DNA of 64,000 nt from Eledone cirrhosa. Lineage: Eukaryota. Where the stretch lies: the NCBI GenBank assembly GCA_964016885.1, contig OZ024751.1:32178001-32242000 (forward strand), written 5' to 3'. Positions 24,802 through 39,475 of this stretch are shown piece by piece. The notes beneath the pieces are model-generated. The model saw only the letters and a list, made by a program, of their open reading frames with translations. It was not told the DNA's origin and made no database searches. The first letter of the stretch is position 1, and each line of letters begins with the position of its first letter. The position numbers and the translations under genes are program-made.

Positions 24802-27131
24802 TGTGGTAGTAGTAGTAATTGTTATTGTTGTTGTTGTAGTTGTTGTTAATGATGTAGTTGTTAGTCATCACCATCCAATCCGAAAAGGCTGAAGTTCTGG
24901 CCGAAGATGGTGGTGTTGATGATGGTGGTGGTGGTGGTGGTAGAGCTACTGTTGTTACTGGTGGTGGTTGCTGTTGCTTGAAGATGGTGTTAACTAGTCG
25001 ACTCAAGATGGTGGTAGATGTTATTTAGCCCTAGGCTTGCCCTGATTTAGCTGACCTAAGATCAACGACATTCCAACAATAACCATTCCATCATATTTTC
25101 CCACCATGGTGTATTTAGAATGACATTATTTAGTGTGTACTTATACCTCTGTTAGAGTTAAGATGTGATTTGTGGGAAACGTGACTGTTATCTCTAGCAG
25201 GTTGAGCGACCATTTAGGAGCCTCCCTCTTTGGTTCCTGGTGGTGGTGGTAGTGGAGGTGGTGTTGGTTGTTGTGGTAATGGTGGTGTTGTTGGTTGTAG
25301 TGGTGATGGTGATAGTGGTGTTGGTGTTAGTTGTAGTGGTGGTGTTGGTTGTAGTGGTGTTGTTGGTTGTAGTGGTGATGGTGATAGTGGTGTTGGTGTT
25401 AGTTGTGGTGGTGGTGTTTGTTGTAGTGGTGATGGTGATAGTGGTGATGGTGATAGTGGTGGTGGTGTTAGTTGTAGTGGTGGTGTTGGTTGTAGTGGTG
25501 AGGGTGATAGTGGTGGTGGTAGTGGTAATGTTGGTGGTGTTGGGCGAGATGATGGTGGTAGCCGGCTAAAAGAGGTGGTGGTAGTGGTGGTGGTGGTATA
25601 GGCACAATTGCTGACTCATCGTTCTTCTTGCTAACCAGCCAGGCATTGGATAAATTTGAGGTCTGGCAGGTTGTTGAGTGGTTGTCTGATGGTGGTGGTT
25701 GAGGTGGCAATGTTGGTAGTGTTGGAGGTGGTAGTGGTGGTATTGATGATGGTGGTGGTATTGATGGTGGTGGTCGAGGAGGTAGCATTGGCAGTGATGG
25801 AGGTAATAGTGGTGGTAAGGATGATAGGTAATCGTAATAATTGTAGTGGTGGTAGTCTTAATGGTGACAGTTGTGGTGGCAAATGTGATAGTAGTGGTAA
25901 CAGTGGTAGCGGTAATAATGATGGCGGTAGTAGTAGTGGTGGTAGTAGTGGTAGTAATATAGGTGGTAGCAGTGGTTGTATGGATATATTTATGTTGAAG
26001 GTAGTAGTTATAACCGTGGTAGAGGTGGAAGTGGTGGTAGAGGTTGTAGTGGTAGTAGTGGTATTGATGGTGGTGGTGAAGGTAGCAGTGATGGTGGTAG
26101 TACCACCAATGCTACCACATTTACTAGTGATAAATATGGTAGTGGTGGTACTGATAGTAATGGTGGTAGTTGCTGTGGTAGTAATGGTGGCGGTGGTAGT
26201 AAGGATGGTGGTAGAGGTGTTTGTGTTGTAGTAGTGATGTTGGAGTAATAGCTGTGTTACTTCTGATGCTAATGTAATGGTAGTGTTGGTGGTAGTGTTT
26301 TGGTGGTGGTAGTGTTGGTGGTAATGATGTAGCTGCAATGATGGTAGTGCAGTGATGATTATGGTGTTAGTGCTGCAGAAGGAATTATGATGGTGATGTA
26401 ATGATGAGTGTGGTGGTGGTGGTGGTGGTGGTGGTGGTGGCGATAGTGGTTGCGGCGGTAGAGGTGGTGGTGGTGGTGGTGATTTTGGTGGCGATAGTGG
26501 TTGCGGTAGTAGTGGTGATAGCGGTGGTGGTGGTGGTGGTGTTGGTGGCGATAGTGGTGATAGAGGTAGTGGTGGTATTGGTGGCGATAGTGGTTGCGGT
26601 GGTAGTGGTGATAGAGGTGGTGGTGGTGTTGGTGGCGATAGTGGTTGCGGTGGTAGTGGTGATAGAGGTGGTGGTGGTAGTAGTGGTGATAGAAGTGGTG
26701 GTGGTGGTGGTGGTGGTGGTGGTGGTGGTGGTGGTGGTGGTGGTGGTGGTGGTGGAAGTATTGAGTAAGAGATGGCGATAGTGAAAACATGGTGATGGGG
26801 ATGGGATTAGTATTGTTGGTTGTGGTGGTGGTGGAGTAGGAGGTATTGCTGATGGTGGTGGTAGTGGTGGTAAAAGCGGTGATGATGGTGGTGGTGTTGG
26901 TGTTGATGGTAGTGGTGATGATAATAGTGGTGGTAGCGGTAATAGTGGTGGTGGTTGTAATGGTGGTAGTGATGGTGGGAGTGTTAAGAATGCTAACGTA
27001 GATATTGTAGAGTTGTAATAATTTTGGCGGCAATCTTAAACCATAATGATGATGGTGAAGATGATGGTGATGATGATGATGGTAATAGTTGATGGTGATG
27101 ATGATGATGATGATGATGAGGATGATAAGGG

Positions 27132-27176
<45 letters not shown>

Positions 27177-27427
27177 ATGAGATTAGCAAGAGGAGGGGCT
27201 AAGGAAGAAAATAAATATATGTTGCTGTTGTTGTTTAGGCCCAAGTCTATTAGGGACTAATAGTACAGCAACTATAATGAAAGACATTCCAACCGTGACC
27301 TTCCTGTCGTCTATGTCTAGAGACTCCAAGGCTACAGTAGTCAACATGTCATTTTGTAATACGGTTGGGTGGGATTTGAGGGACATATAGCTGCTATATT
27401 GGTGTCGTAGTAGTTGTGTAGGAGTGA

Positions 27428-27497
<70 letters not shown>

Positions 27498-27573
27498 TGT
27501 TGCAGTAGTAGTAGTAGTAGTAGTAGTAGTTGTTGCACTAGTAGAAGTAGTAGTTGCAGTAGTAGCAGTAGTT

Positions 27574-27659
<86 letters not shown>

Positions 27660-28760
27660 TGCAGTGATGGTGGCAGTGGTGATGATGGTGCAATTGATTG
27701 TGTCGGCAGAAGGTGGTGGTGATATTATTCGTGGTGTTGATGGCAGGTTATACCATAGTGGTGGTGTGGCGGTGGTAGTGTTGGTGGTGATAGTTTGTAG
27801 TTTTGATGGTGGTGTGGTGATGGTGCTGATTGTGGTGGTGTGTTGGTGGTAGTGTTGGTGGTGTGGCGGTGGTAGTGTTGGTGGTAGTGTTGGTGGTGTG
27901 GCGGTGGTAGTGTTGGTGGTGTGGCGGTGGTAGCCGAGGTAAAAGGTGAAATAAGGAAGAGAGTAATCATAAAAGGTGGGGGAGGGGATATTGAATGGGC
28001 GGTGGTAAGTCTGTGTGTAGAGAGGGTGGGAATGTATGGGTGGGGGTTGGTCTAGGAGGGGAGGGGGTGGGAATGTATAGGAGGTGGTGAGTCTATGTGT
28101 AGAGGGGGTGGGAATGTATGGGTGGTGGCGGGTCTGGGTGTAGAGGGGGTGGGAATGTATGGGTGGTTGGTGGGTCTGTGTGTAGAGGGAGAGGGAATGT
28201 ATGGGTGGTGGTGGGTCTGTGTGTAGAGGGGGTGGGAATGTATGGGTGGTGGTGGGTCTGGGAGTAGAGGGTAGAGTATAAGAAATTAATAATAAAAAAA
28301 TAAAAATTATGATACGACGTCTACTATCCACCACCACCAACACCACCATCACCACCACCAACACCACCACTATCCCCCCTCACCCACAAGATACCATTGA
28401 ACCGATAAGCTTAATGGTTTGGTGGTTGTGTGGTGTGTGGCGTAGTTTGGTGTAGTGTGGTGTAGTGTGGTGTGGAGTGTGGTGTAGTGTGATTGTGTGG
28501 TGTAGTGTAGTGTGATTGTGGGGAGTGGAGTGGTGTGGTGTGTGTTAAAGTGTGGTCATATAGTGTAGTGTGTTGTGTAGTGTGGTGTGTGGTGTGTGGT
28601 GAGTGGTGTAGTGTAGTGTGGTATAGTGTGTAGTGTGGTGGTGTTGTGTAGTGTGGTGTTTGGTGTGGTGTAGTGTGTGGTATGTGGTGTATGGTGTGAG
28701 GTGTAGTGTAGTGTGGTATAGTGTAGTGTGGTGCTGTGTGGTGTGGTGTGTGGTGTGTAT
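22900..28760. repeat. ~6-kb strand-asymmetric compound trinucleotide/minisatellite block ((GGT/TAG/GAT)n, G-rich ~38-mer, GTGTA/GTGTG pentamers)
   Basis: Directly visible. It produces spurious poly-V, poly-T and poly-G ORFs on both strands. Confidence 0.9.
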
Positions 28761-28981
28761 AAGATATGTAACATGATGTTAGATGGTATCTGACGGGGAA
28801 GAAACCAGTAAGAGTTAAATCAATCAGATACAGATTAGCAACAGAGTTTTTATATGACAATAGCTGACTGCTTCATGTCGTAGTGAGTTTATATCAAGTC
28901 GTATTAGAAAGGAATTGGGAAGAGGAAGCATCTCGTTGGGATGAGACACTGTACAGGAATATATTATAACAGAGTATGTGT

Positions 28982-29031
<50 letters not shown>

Positions 29032-30233
29032 CTCTTAAGCGTGAAACTAATAAGACTTTATGTTAATGCATCCTCTTGTTTGTTTGTTACTTGAATTTTC
29101 GATATATATGTATGTATATATGTATATATATATATATATGTATATATATATAGATGTATATGTGTATATATATATATGTATATATAGATGTATATTATAT
29201 ATATATATATATAAAATGTGTATGTGTATGTGTGTGTGTGTGCATGTGTATGTACTTGTTTACATATGTTTGTGACATTTTAATGGTAATACCAAGATGT
29301 GCGACGACTACGCAGCTGCACACACACATGGGATAATGAATACAGGAGTAAACAACTTATTTTCTTCTTCTCTCTATGAAATCCGTGATATCATCATATA
29401 ACCAGGTCCGACCCACCACACTCTAACTCATAGCCCCCACACTCCTTCCACCTTTCCTAGATTTATGAGTTATTGTTGATCAGAAGTTAGATAGGAAAGA
29501 CCAAGTTTAGATATTCTGGGATATCTAAACCGTTCCCATAATACAATACACCTCTATATACATCAACCACCCATGTAGATTGTCAGCTCTATATACACAC
29601 CCACCAGCCATGTAGAATGGTGAGACACCAGGCAACATTGAATGAAGGGCTATTGGTATCGATTAGGTCGATTAAATATTGAACTGGTATTTCTTTACTA
29701 TATATACAACAAACGGCGTAAGAAGTTGTGAAAGTTTCGGCTTCCAATAAATTGTATTATAAATATGTATATAAATATCAGCTCCTGATTATTACTGGAA
29801 TTCTATAAGAATCCAGCTTCTATAATTTTCGGCGAAGGCCAACAGCGTGAAACAGACTGTTAGCTTCTCTCCCTTCTTTCGCCGAAACGAAGTAAGTGAC
29901 ATAGTCGCTACTTTAAAACCGATAGCGTATGGTCTTCAAAATGTTTTTAATTAAACACACGGTATATTGCCAAATATACTATACATACATTCATGTATAC
30001 ATCGCTATTTCAGAGCACCAATCCTCTTCTACTTCATCCTAAGCGTAAAACTAATAAGACTTTGTGCTTCAGCATCGCTGTGTTTGTCTTGTCATTTCTT
30101 GAATTATATGTATATATATATATCCAGGGTGTGTAACTTGGAGTTACTGTAGGTTCACCCGAGTGAGCACTCGATGTTTAGGTTCACTTCAGTGTCGAGG
30201 TGTAGAGCTATACAGAGTGTATTATAGTTAAAT

Positions 30234-30305
30234 AGGGTCGATAAAATAAAGTACCAGTAATGCACTGGGTAATTACTGGCCTTGTGCCTAAATTAGAAAC
30301 AATTA
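30234..30305 (+). mobile_element. SINE 3' fragment
   Basis: gggtcgataaaataaagtaccagtaatgcactggg...ttagaaacaatt. Confidence 0.8.
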
Positions 30306-30360
30306 TAGTTAAATAAGATAACAAGGACGATTGGTTACTCCTTCATTACGTTTATTGGTT

Positions 30361-30445
30361 GGTGACGCGCGTTTCGCCACTGACCAGCTCAGGTTTCGAT
30401 CTGTATCGATCTGACCTGACTCTGTAATCCGCGGCTCGTCAGACC
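30361..30445 (-). ncRNA. Type I hammerhead with canonical core and long stem II
   Basis: Minus strand: ggt-CTGACGA-gccgc...(~50 nt with further pairings tcaggt/acctga and tcgat/atcga)...gtggc-GAA-ACGCGCGT-C-acc. GUC triplet, followed by AATAAA. Confidence 0.8.
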
Positions 30446-30689
30446 CCTTGTAATGTTAATGGAAGAATGAATACATGCTGTAAGATAAAGTCAGAAGTTC
30501 CAATGATGGTCAGTAAAGTTTTTTTTGATTGGTGGATTAGTTCATAGGGATGTTTTTGCCTATAGTGTATGTGAGGGTGGGGTGTCGTAAAAATTTTGTG
30601 GTGTCGATCGCAGGTTGGAGTGGGTGGCGGTGTGGGGGTGCTGGCTGTCGGTAGACAGTTTGGCATGTATATATACATACATACATACC

Positions 30690-30772
<83 letters not shown>

Positions 30773-30778
30773 TTTATA

Positions 30779-31663
<885 letters not shown>

Positions 31664-31924
31664 ACGCTAAAAGTAAACGAAAAATCAACACAAGGAAACG
31701 ATACAATACAATGAATATATGAATATATTGTTTTTGTGTGTGTTTATTAGTAGAAAACATCTTTTCTTTCAAGTTTAATCTTTTATTTATTCATTTATTT
31801 ATCTATTCATTAAGGCATATTGGTAGGAGTTTCAGAGCATGTCTGTCCTTTAAAACAGTATGATGTGGTATGAGGATAGTTGGGTGCAATCGTACTACAA
31901 TATATGTCTAGGTTTGTAAACTTC

Positions 31925-32018
<94 letters not shown>

Positions 32019-32391
32019 TATAGATGTTCAAGTTGAATATGAACCACATTAAACCCACCTGTCTGGGAGGATATGTAAAGGTCATCAGTACTGCCCCTCC
32101 TCTCCTGAATATCCTTAAAAATTTACCCCCAAATATTCCTCCGCTCCAAACCGTGAAAGAATCCTCCACCCCAAACCTCCTGCCAAAGTGTACTGTTATT
32201 TCCGATAACAACAAATGTCATAAAACACGAAATATGTAACAGAAATGTTGGATATAGAAATGCAAATAATTTTTAAATGTTTTCGTTGAAAGTTTATTCA
32301 TCTTTCCTAAAAAATAAACAAGCCACTAAATATATAATTAAGTTAGTTAATATATATAATATAATAGGAATTTAATAATAATAATAATAAT

Positions 32392-32581
32392 AATTGTTCC
32401 TACTTTTGGCACAAGGCCAGCAATTACCTAGTACATTACTGGTACTTTATTTTATCCACCCCGTAAGGATGAAAGGCAAAGTTAACCCCGGCGGGATTTG
32501 AACTCAGATCGTAAAGGGACGTAACTCTTTGCGTCAAAGCATGGCGTCCGACCCTCTACTGATACTGCCAATCCACCGCCC
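32392..32581 (-). mobile_element. Full-length tRNA-derived SINE
   Basis: Reverse complement of the 19521-19707 family with a (TAA)n tail. Confidence 0.85.
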
Positions 32582-32598
32582 TAATAATAATAATAATG

Positions 32599-34040
32599 AT
32601 TTCCTTTATTGGCCACAAGGGCCGACATATAGGGGCAATACAAAAGACTGGGACAGTGAGGTTTTACAGAAAAATCGAGTATACAATATGAATAACAATA
32701 ACAAAGTAACAAGAAAAATGCAACAAGAAAAATTCCCCATGCGGTTTGTCCAAGCCCACATTGGCACATTCGGGAAATCCAGACGGTACCTGTCAGGCAG
32801 TTGAAACCGTCTGAGCAGGTTTGTGAGGCTTTTACACCCTCCTCCCCTATCCGCTAATCCCACACAGTCCCAGCGTGCATCTAAGATCCCGTTCCAGTCG
32901 CCCACTAACACTAAAGAGCGGGACGTTCCAAGAAAGGTCTCCAGACGCCGAAAGAAATCAGGCCGCCCTGCTCCTGTCAGGGCATAGACGGCCACTAGCC
33001 AGAAAGCTTTCCTGTCTCCGCCGGTCACGTCCAGCACCACCAACTTACCTTCTGGGTCAAGGAAGATACCCCGTATGGCGAGATCCAAACCTCTCCGAAA
33101 AAGCACAGAAACTCCTCCCCCCGACCCAGGACGGCTGGGAGATGCGTACACATCGTAGCCGCCGAAGATCGGTGCGAAGGCTCGTGCTTCGGTGATTCTG
33201 GTCTCGCTGATGGCCACCACATCTATGTTTAGTGACCTGAAGCAGGTGGCCTTGCTTCTATGACGATCCCAGGCCACGCGCATTTATGCTGCCTATTCTG
33301 AGTGAGGTCATGTTGAAAAGGAGTAGAAAAAGATGGGAAAGACCACCTACCTTACTTCTCGTAGAGGAAGGATGGTTTCTCCATCCTTCTCACAGCTTGT
33401 GGCCTCCTCCGGAAGGATGTCCGTATAAATCCTCCCGGAGAGTGTTTGTCGGAAGTCTCCGATGTCCTTGGGGAATTTTTGTTTTAGTGTCGTGTACGTT
33501 TTCTGTGTGATGCGAGTGATTTGTATGTGTGGAGGTGGTGTGAATTTTGGGGGTGTTGTGTAGTCTTTTTCTGTGACGCTGGTGTTGTGTTGGATGTAGT
33601 GTAATAATTGGTTGTTGTTCAAATTTAATGCTGTGTAGTGTGTATCGTTTTGGTTGTTTTGTTTTGTTTGCGTTTGTTGTGGGTTTGTTTCTATTTCGCT
33701 TTTTGGTGATTTTTGTGGTGTTGGTGATGGTGGATGTGGGGTTAATGATGTTGATGGTGTTGGTGTTTGTGATGATGGGGCTGGTGATGCTGGTGTGGGT
33801 GGTGGCATAGCTGTTTTAACTTTTTTGTTTGTTTGCTTATTTGTTTCCCCCTGCATTTTGTTTTTGGAGAGCGAAGGAAGAGGATTTTTTTCTTTTTTGG
33901 GTTCTTTTTTTCTTTTTCTTTTTTCCTGATACCATTTCCCACTCCTCCTCATCGTCACAATCTGTCTCCAGTAGGGTTGCAAGGTAAATGCGTCCGTAGG
34001 CGGTATGCAGGTGGAGCACTCGATGCTCGCGCAGAGCAGT
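32599..34040 (-). mobile_element. Internally deleted Tx1-type retrotransposon (ORF1 remnant + AP endonuclease + 3' UTR)
   Basis: ORF1-like EWEMVSGKKKKK and Pro-rich segment, then the ORF2 start, then an abrupt join at ~32730 to a 3' UTR ending gcccttgtggccAATAAAggaaat(c)(att)n. Confidence 0.75.
32731..33311 (-). pseudogene. AP-endonuclease domain of Tx1/L1-type ORF2 (one stop, one frameshift)
   Basis: MTSLRIGSINARGL...DVVAISET...GGGVSVL...AVYA...VGDWN...DRYR...WAWTN: canonical APE motifs. Confidence 0.9.
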
Positions 34041-34104
34041 GTATAATATTATAAAGAATGAGGATTCAGTTTTCCATCATATCACATTATATATATATAT
34101 ATAT

Positions 34105-34310
34105 ATAGGAACGAGTAGGACCCCGACGGCTGAGCTCAAGCCGTTTCGACGGCTAATTCTGGACTAACATTTTAGTCCAGAATTAGCCGTCGAAACGGCT
34201 TGAGCTCAGCCGTCGGGGTCCTACTCGTTCCTATTACCCACTCTACTACCCTAAGTATTGAGTACTTTGGTGCGTTATGGTCCATCTGGTTCCTTACCAC
34301 ATTTCCTTCG

Positions 34311-34312
<2 letters not shown>
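34105..34312 (+). mobile_element. PLE-type fold-back (63-bp arms) retaining the 3' half of a hammerhead, plus tail
   Basis: Arms at 34105-34167 and 34172-34234. Contains GAA-ACGGCT-tgagctc-AGCCGT-C and a tail with TTGAGTAC. Second copy at 58452-58647. Confidence 0.7.
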
Positions 34313-34347
<35 letters not shown>

Positions 34348-34563
34348 TAATTTCAGCGAGATCGTATTTCGGCTATGGTCAAAAACAAAGCGAAACGCAA
34401 TTTTCGAGGTATGCGGCAAGCGCTCAATAGACTAAAAGAAGACCAGAGCAATTAACATACGTTATAGAGGCTATACAAACTGAAAACGGCAGTCATGAAG
34501 CTATCAGCCACCGGAGCCCAAAAAAACGAAGAGCAAGCTAAACAGGTTAAACAAAAGAATTTA

Positions 34564-34634
<71 letters not shown>

Positions 34635-34752
34635 TAGGTGATTCAGTGACTTACTGGTGTTGGTACCAAAGCAAGCACTCTATGCACAGGCAGAGTATGT
34701 ATATTTGAAAAAAAGCGAGAAGGTTTCTTCGTGTTTTTCTAGTATATATATA

Positions 34753-35204
34753 TATTCTCTTCAACGTCGCCGTGAACGCTACATTATCTGTATGACGTGG
34801 AAAATATTCCATCAGCTTAGCCCAAATGATGTTGGCATCACCTTTAGTATACACCCAAGGCTTGGGTCCCGTGCTATCCGCAAACGACAAAAATCCCATT
34901 CGCATCACATAACAACAATACGGCACAATTATTTCACCTCAATTGGCCCTGCACTCTTTAACATTACACCAAAACACATCAAAGCAGAGACAGACCCCAT
35001 CAAGTTCAAGAAGTCTTTGGATAAATTCCTTCAAGAAATTCCGGATAAGCCTCCTACACCCGGATATGCCTCCGTAAACAATAACTCTCTGCTCGAGTGG
35101 GCCATGGTGCCCAAACACTGATTTGTAAGACTTCCCCAGGTGGTGCTATTAAGTTAGACATGGCCTGGGCCAATACTGGCCGAAACCTATCAAAGTTATC
35201 AAAG

Positions 35205-35206
<2 letters not shown>
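34753..35206 (+). mobile_element. 3' fragment of a CR1-group LINE
   Basis: YSLQRRRERYII..WKI...GPALFN...FKKSLDKFL..IPD.P is a CR1-like ORF2 C-terminus. The short 3' UTR ends in a tandem (atcaaagtt)2. Confidence 0.75.
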
Positions 35207-35242
<36 letters not shown>

Positions 35243-35246
<4 letters not shown>

Positions 35247-35424
35247 GTTTCTACTTTTGGCACAAGGCCAGCAATTATCCCAATGTATTACTGGTACTTT
35301 ATTTTATCAACCCCGTAAGGATGAAAGGCAGAGTTAACCTCGGCGGGATTTGAACTCAGTCCGTAAAGGGACGTAACTCTTTGCTGCAAAGCATGGCGTC
35401 CGACCCTCTACCGATACTGCCAAT
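35243..35424 (-). mobile_element. Near full-length tRNA-derived SINE
   Basis: Same family as 19521-19707. Confidence 0.85.
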
Positions 35425-35524
35425 ATATCATATGGGATAGACATCATATAAATAGCTAGAGAGGCAGGTAGATAGGTTTATTATTAAGTAGATAGATAAA
35501 CAGACAGACAAACAAATAGATAGA

Positions 35525-35724
35525 TATGTTTCTTTATTAGCCACTGGAGCACAAAAGAAGGGGACAAATACAAAGGGGGAAGTTTACATACAATAAAAAC
35601 GTGTAAAATATTATCACAAATGTAATTTAAAAGTTAATCGATTTTCCCCAATAGAGGGAGACATTTCATATGGGTAACACATACCCCCGAAAAAAATGTG
35701 CAACCCTCATCTCCAGGAGTACGA
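35525..35724 (-). mobile_element. Tx1 3'-UTR-only insertion in GATA/GACA repeats
   Basis: Reverse complement of the 3' UTR at 42254-42450, flanked by gatagata/gatagaca. Confidence 0.9.
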
Positions 35725-36099
35725 TAGACAGACATACACATTGGAAGATAGATAGATATACAGATAGACAGATTGATAGTTAAATGGATAGGTAGATAGG
35801 TTAGCAGTATTAACATAGGAAATATAACTTGGATTAGAAATAAATATGTGAAGAGTAAAAGAACATTAATGTTAATCAAAGATTCATATTGTTTTTATCC
35901 ATTTCACAGGTACGAGAAACAACTCCGAATATGCTATTTCTGAATTGTTTGACAGGAGTAAACACTTCCAAAATGGCCACTTTAAGGATTAAACATGTGT
36001 ATTTTAGCTGTAAACGAGGAAGAGAATAGAGAGAGAGAGAAAGAGGGAGAGAGAAGGAGAGGGAGAGAGAAGGAGAGGGAGAGAGAGAGAGAGAGAGAG

Positions 36100-36137
<38 letters not shown>

Positions 36138-36692
36138 AGAGAGAGAGAGAGAGATAGAGACTAAAAGCTCACTGTATGATGTGCAATGTTCCGGAAGTTA
36201 CGTAGCACCGGTTTTTAAGAGGTTCCTGTTGTTAAGGATCACCAGTTGTTGTTGTTGTTGTTCTAGGTCTGGCTTTGGAGGATCTCCGGTTGTTTCAGTT
36301 TTCCACAGTCTTCAACGTGATCCGGTCTTTGTTTGACCTATTAGAAACAGTAGCTAAATCTCACTCTGCGTTAAATATGCCTCAATTAACACCATGCCCT
36401 AAATATTCTTAAAAAAAAAAAAATCCCACCGAGGTCAAATTTGTCTTTCATCCATTTGGAATAAGGTGGAGGCGGAGACGCGATAAAATGAAGTTCCAAT
36501 CAAATACTTTGGTTTATTTTATTGATTATATTTTGATCTACATCCTGCTCCCATCAATTTAAGAACTTTGGAGAGATTTTACTAATTGAGACATTGCGGG
36601 ATGAAAGATATTTAAGATATATTAACATACATTATCCCGCTGAGGTTAACTTTGCCTTTCATCCTTACGGGGTAGATAAAATAAAGTACCAG

Positions 36693-36769
<77 letters not shown>

Positions 36770-36808
36770 CACACATATATATACATATGTATATATATAA
36801 TATATATA

Positions 36809-36867
<59 letters not shown>

Positions 36868-36872
36868 CACAC

Positions 36873-36905
<33 letters not shown>

Positions 36906-37072
36906 ATATATATATACATATATATGTATATATATATATATATATACTTATTTATTTATTCATTGATTTATATTTTAAAATATAGTCGCCACAATGCAGA
37001 TAATTATAATAATAGTTGACCAAATTAGGTAAATATCTCTGGAGACGGAAGAAGAGGATATATATATATATG

Positions 37073-37204
<132 letters not shown>

Positions 37205-37419
37205 TATGCATATAAATACAATGTGAGATGCTGCTGGTGTTTGTTGGAAAGAGAATGAAAGGGTATGTGTGACTTGTAATAGAAAACCCCTATTCGTGAG
37301 AATGAAATGACGTAAAAAGAATAAGAAAATGTGGAAAAAAGAAAACGCGAAAGATTAGCAGCAGTAGAAGAATTAGTAGTAGTAATAGTAGTAGTAGTAG
37401 TAGCAGTAGCAGCAGCAGC

Positions 37420-37532
<113 letters not shown>

Positions 37533-37579
37533 TAGTAGTAGTAGTGGTAGTAGTAGTAGTATATGCGAAATAGGAAGTG

Positions 37580-37635
<56 letters not shown>

Positions 37636-38007
37636 ATTCTACGTATAATCTTCACAGTAAACACGACTGCTAGAAGTGTGAATAGCTTGGAGGCTGACTG
37701 ACATGTTATATTTAACTACATATACGTGGACACACGGACAGACAGACAAAGGGGATTAGGGTAGGGTGTGGGAGGCAAGGTGTAGTGCTGTTCGGGGTGT
37801 GGTGGGGATTGGGTTGGACAAGGTGTAGTGGAGTTGTGGTGATGTGAGCTGTTGGGAAATGGCAGATTAACGTGTTTGACCAACTCGACTAAACATAACA
37901 TTATTTCAAGCTTCTACGTGGTTGATCAATCCACTAGACATAGCACACAAATTTCCCTCATATTACCTTAACGTCTTTACAACAACAACAAATAAATAAT
38001 AATAGTA

Positions 38008-38250
38008 ATTGTTTCTACTTTTTGGCACAAGGCCAGCTCTATGCGTCAAACCATGGTGTCCGACCCTCTACCGATACTGCCAATCCACCACCCAATGATT
38101 TCTTATATAGGTACAAGGGTAGCAATTTTGGGGGAGCGGAAAGTCGATTAAATCGACTCCAGTACGTTACTGGTGCTTTATTTTATCGACCCCGTAAGGA
38201 TGAAAGGCAAAACTAATCTCGGCGGGATTTGAACCTAGAACTGCCAATCC
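38008..38250 (-). mobile_element. Rearranged or nested SINE pieces
   Basis: Tail, head and central segments of the SINE family appear in scrambled order. Confidence 0.7.
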
Positions 38251-39019
38251 AATAATAATAATAATAAAAGTACAAAAAAAAAAACGACAAACACACAAAT
38301 CAAAATGTAATTGTTGATATAGAAAAATAACGAAATGGTCACGCAGGGAATGATCATAGATGTGTTTAATCAAGTCTGACCTAGGGTTAAACAACAGCCT
38401 TATTTAACGAAGTTCTAAAATAATCTTTTACTTCCGGTTGAAACTAATACTTCCTACATTAATCCATTCATCCATTTTACGCATCTCTCTCCCATTTAAT
38501 TATATTAGATTACACCCTTCCTTCTCTTCCTCCTCTCCCTGCTCCTCTCATTTATATCCCCCCTCTCTCTCAGTCTATCTCTCTTTCTCCGTCTATCTGT
38601 ATTTTACGTGACTACATGACAGTTTTCAAATGGCTGAACGCATGTATGTATGTATGTATGTATGTATGTATGTATGTATGTATGTATGTATGTATGTATG
38701 TATGTATGTATGTATGTATGTCTGTCTGTCTGTCTGTATGTATGTATGTACGTACGTATGTATGTATATATATATATATGTGTGGTTGTAGGTATGTATA
38801 TACATGTATATGTGTGAGTACATATTTCTACATATACAATACCTTCTCATTGATTCTATGTCTCTCACATACATACATATATACATACATACATAAATAC
38901 ACACATTCATATAAGTGCACATGCATACATACATAAATACACACACACACACACATATATACATACATACTTACATACATACGTACCTACATACATACAC
39001 ATGCATGCATACATACATA

Positions 39020-39475
39020 TCTACCTAGTTGATGTTGTGTAAATTCCAATGAGAGAGTCTTGTGTCTATGTTAGAAACCGACTCTCTCTCTATTGGTAAA
39101 ACTTTGTGAAATTATAAAACCAGTAGAACATACATACATACATACATACATAAATACACACACACATACATACATAGTTAGGAAACTACAAGTACAATCC
39201 ATTAATGGAACAGTAAAAATATGTAAAACATTCCAAAAATTTTGCATCTAATAACTGCATATACACATGTACAGATACAAAGCATATACACATGCACACA
39301 TACAACTCAAAATATACACATCCACACATACAATAACATCCATATCTACACATGCATGCATACATACATATCTAGCTAGTTGATGTGTAAATTCCAATGA
39401 GAGAGTTTTGTGTCTATGTTAGAAACCGACTCTCTCTCTATTGGTAAAACTTTGTGAAATTTTAAAACCAAAAAA
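39020..39475. repeat. X-Y-X partial tandem of the 2665-2978 repeat within (CATA)n
   Basis: The ~105-bp X segment occurs at 39020-39130 and 39375-39475, flanking Y. Confidence 0.75.

Noticed and set aside
29770-29870. Possible hammerhead (CTGATTA...GAAACAGACTGTT)
   Set aside because: G8 is lost without compensation, stem I is misregistered and stem II is unclear. At best a decayed relic.
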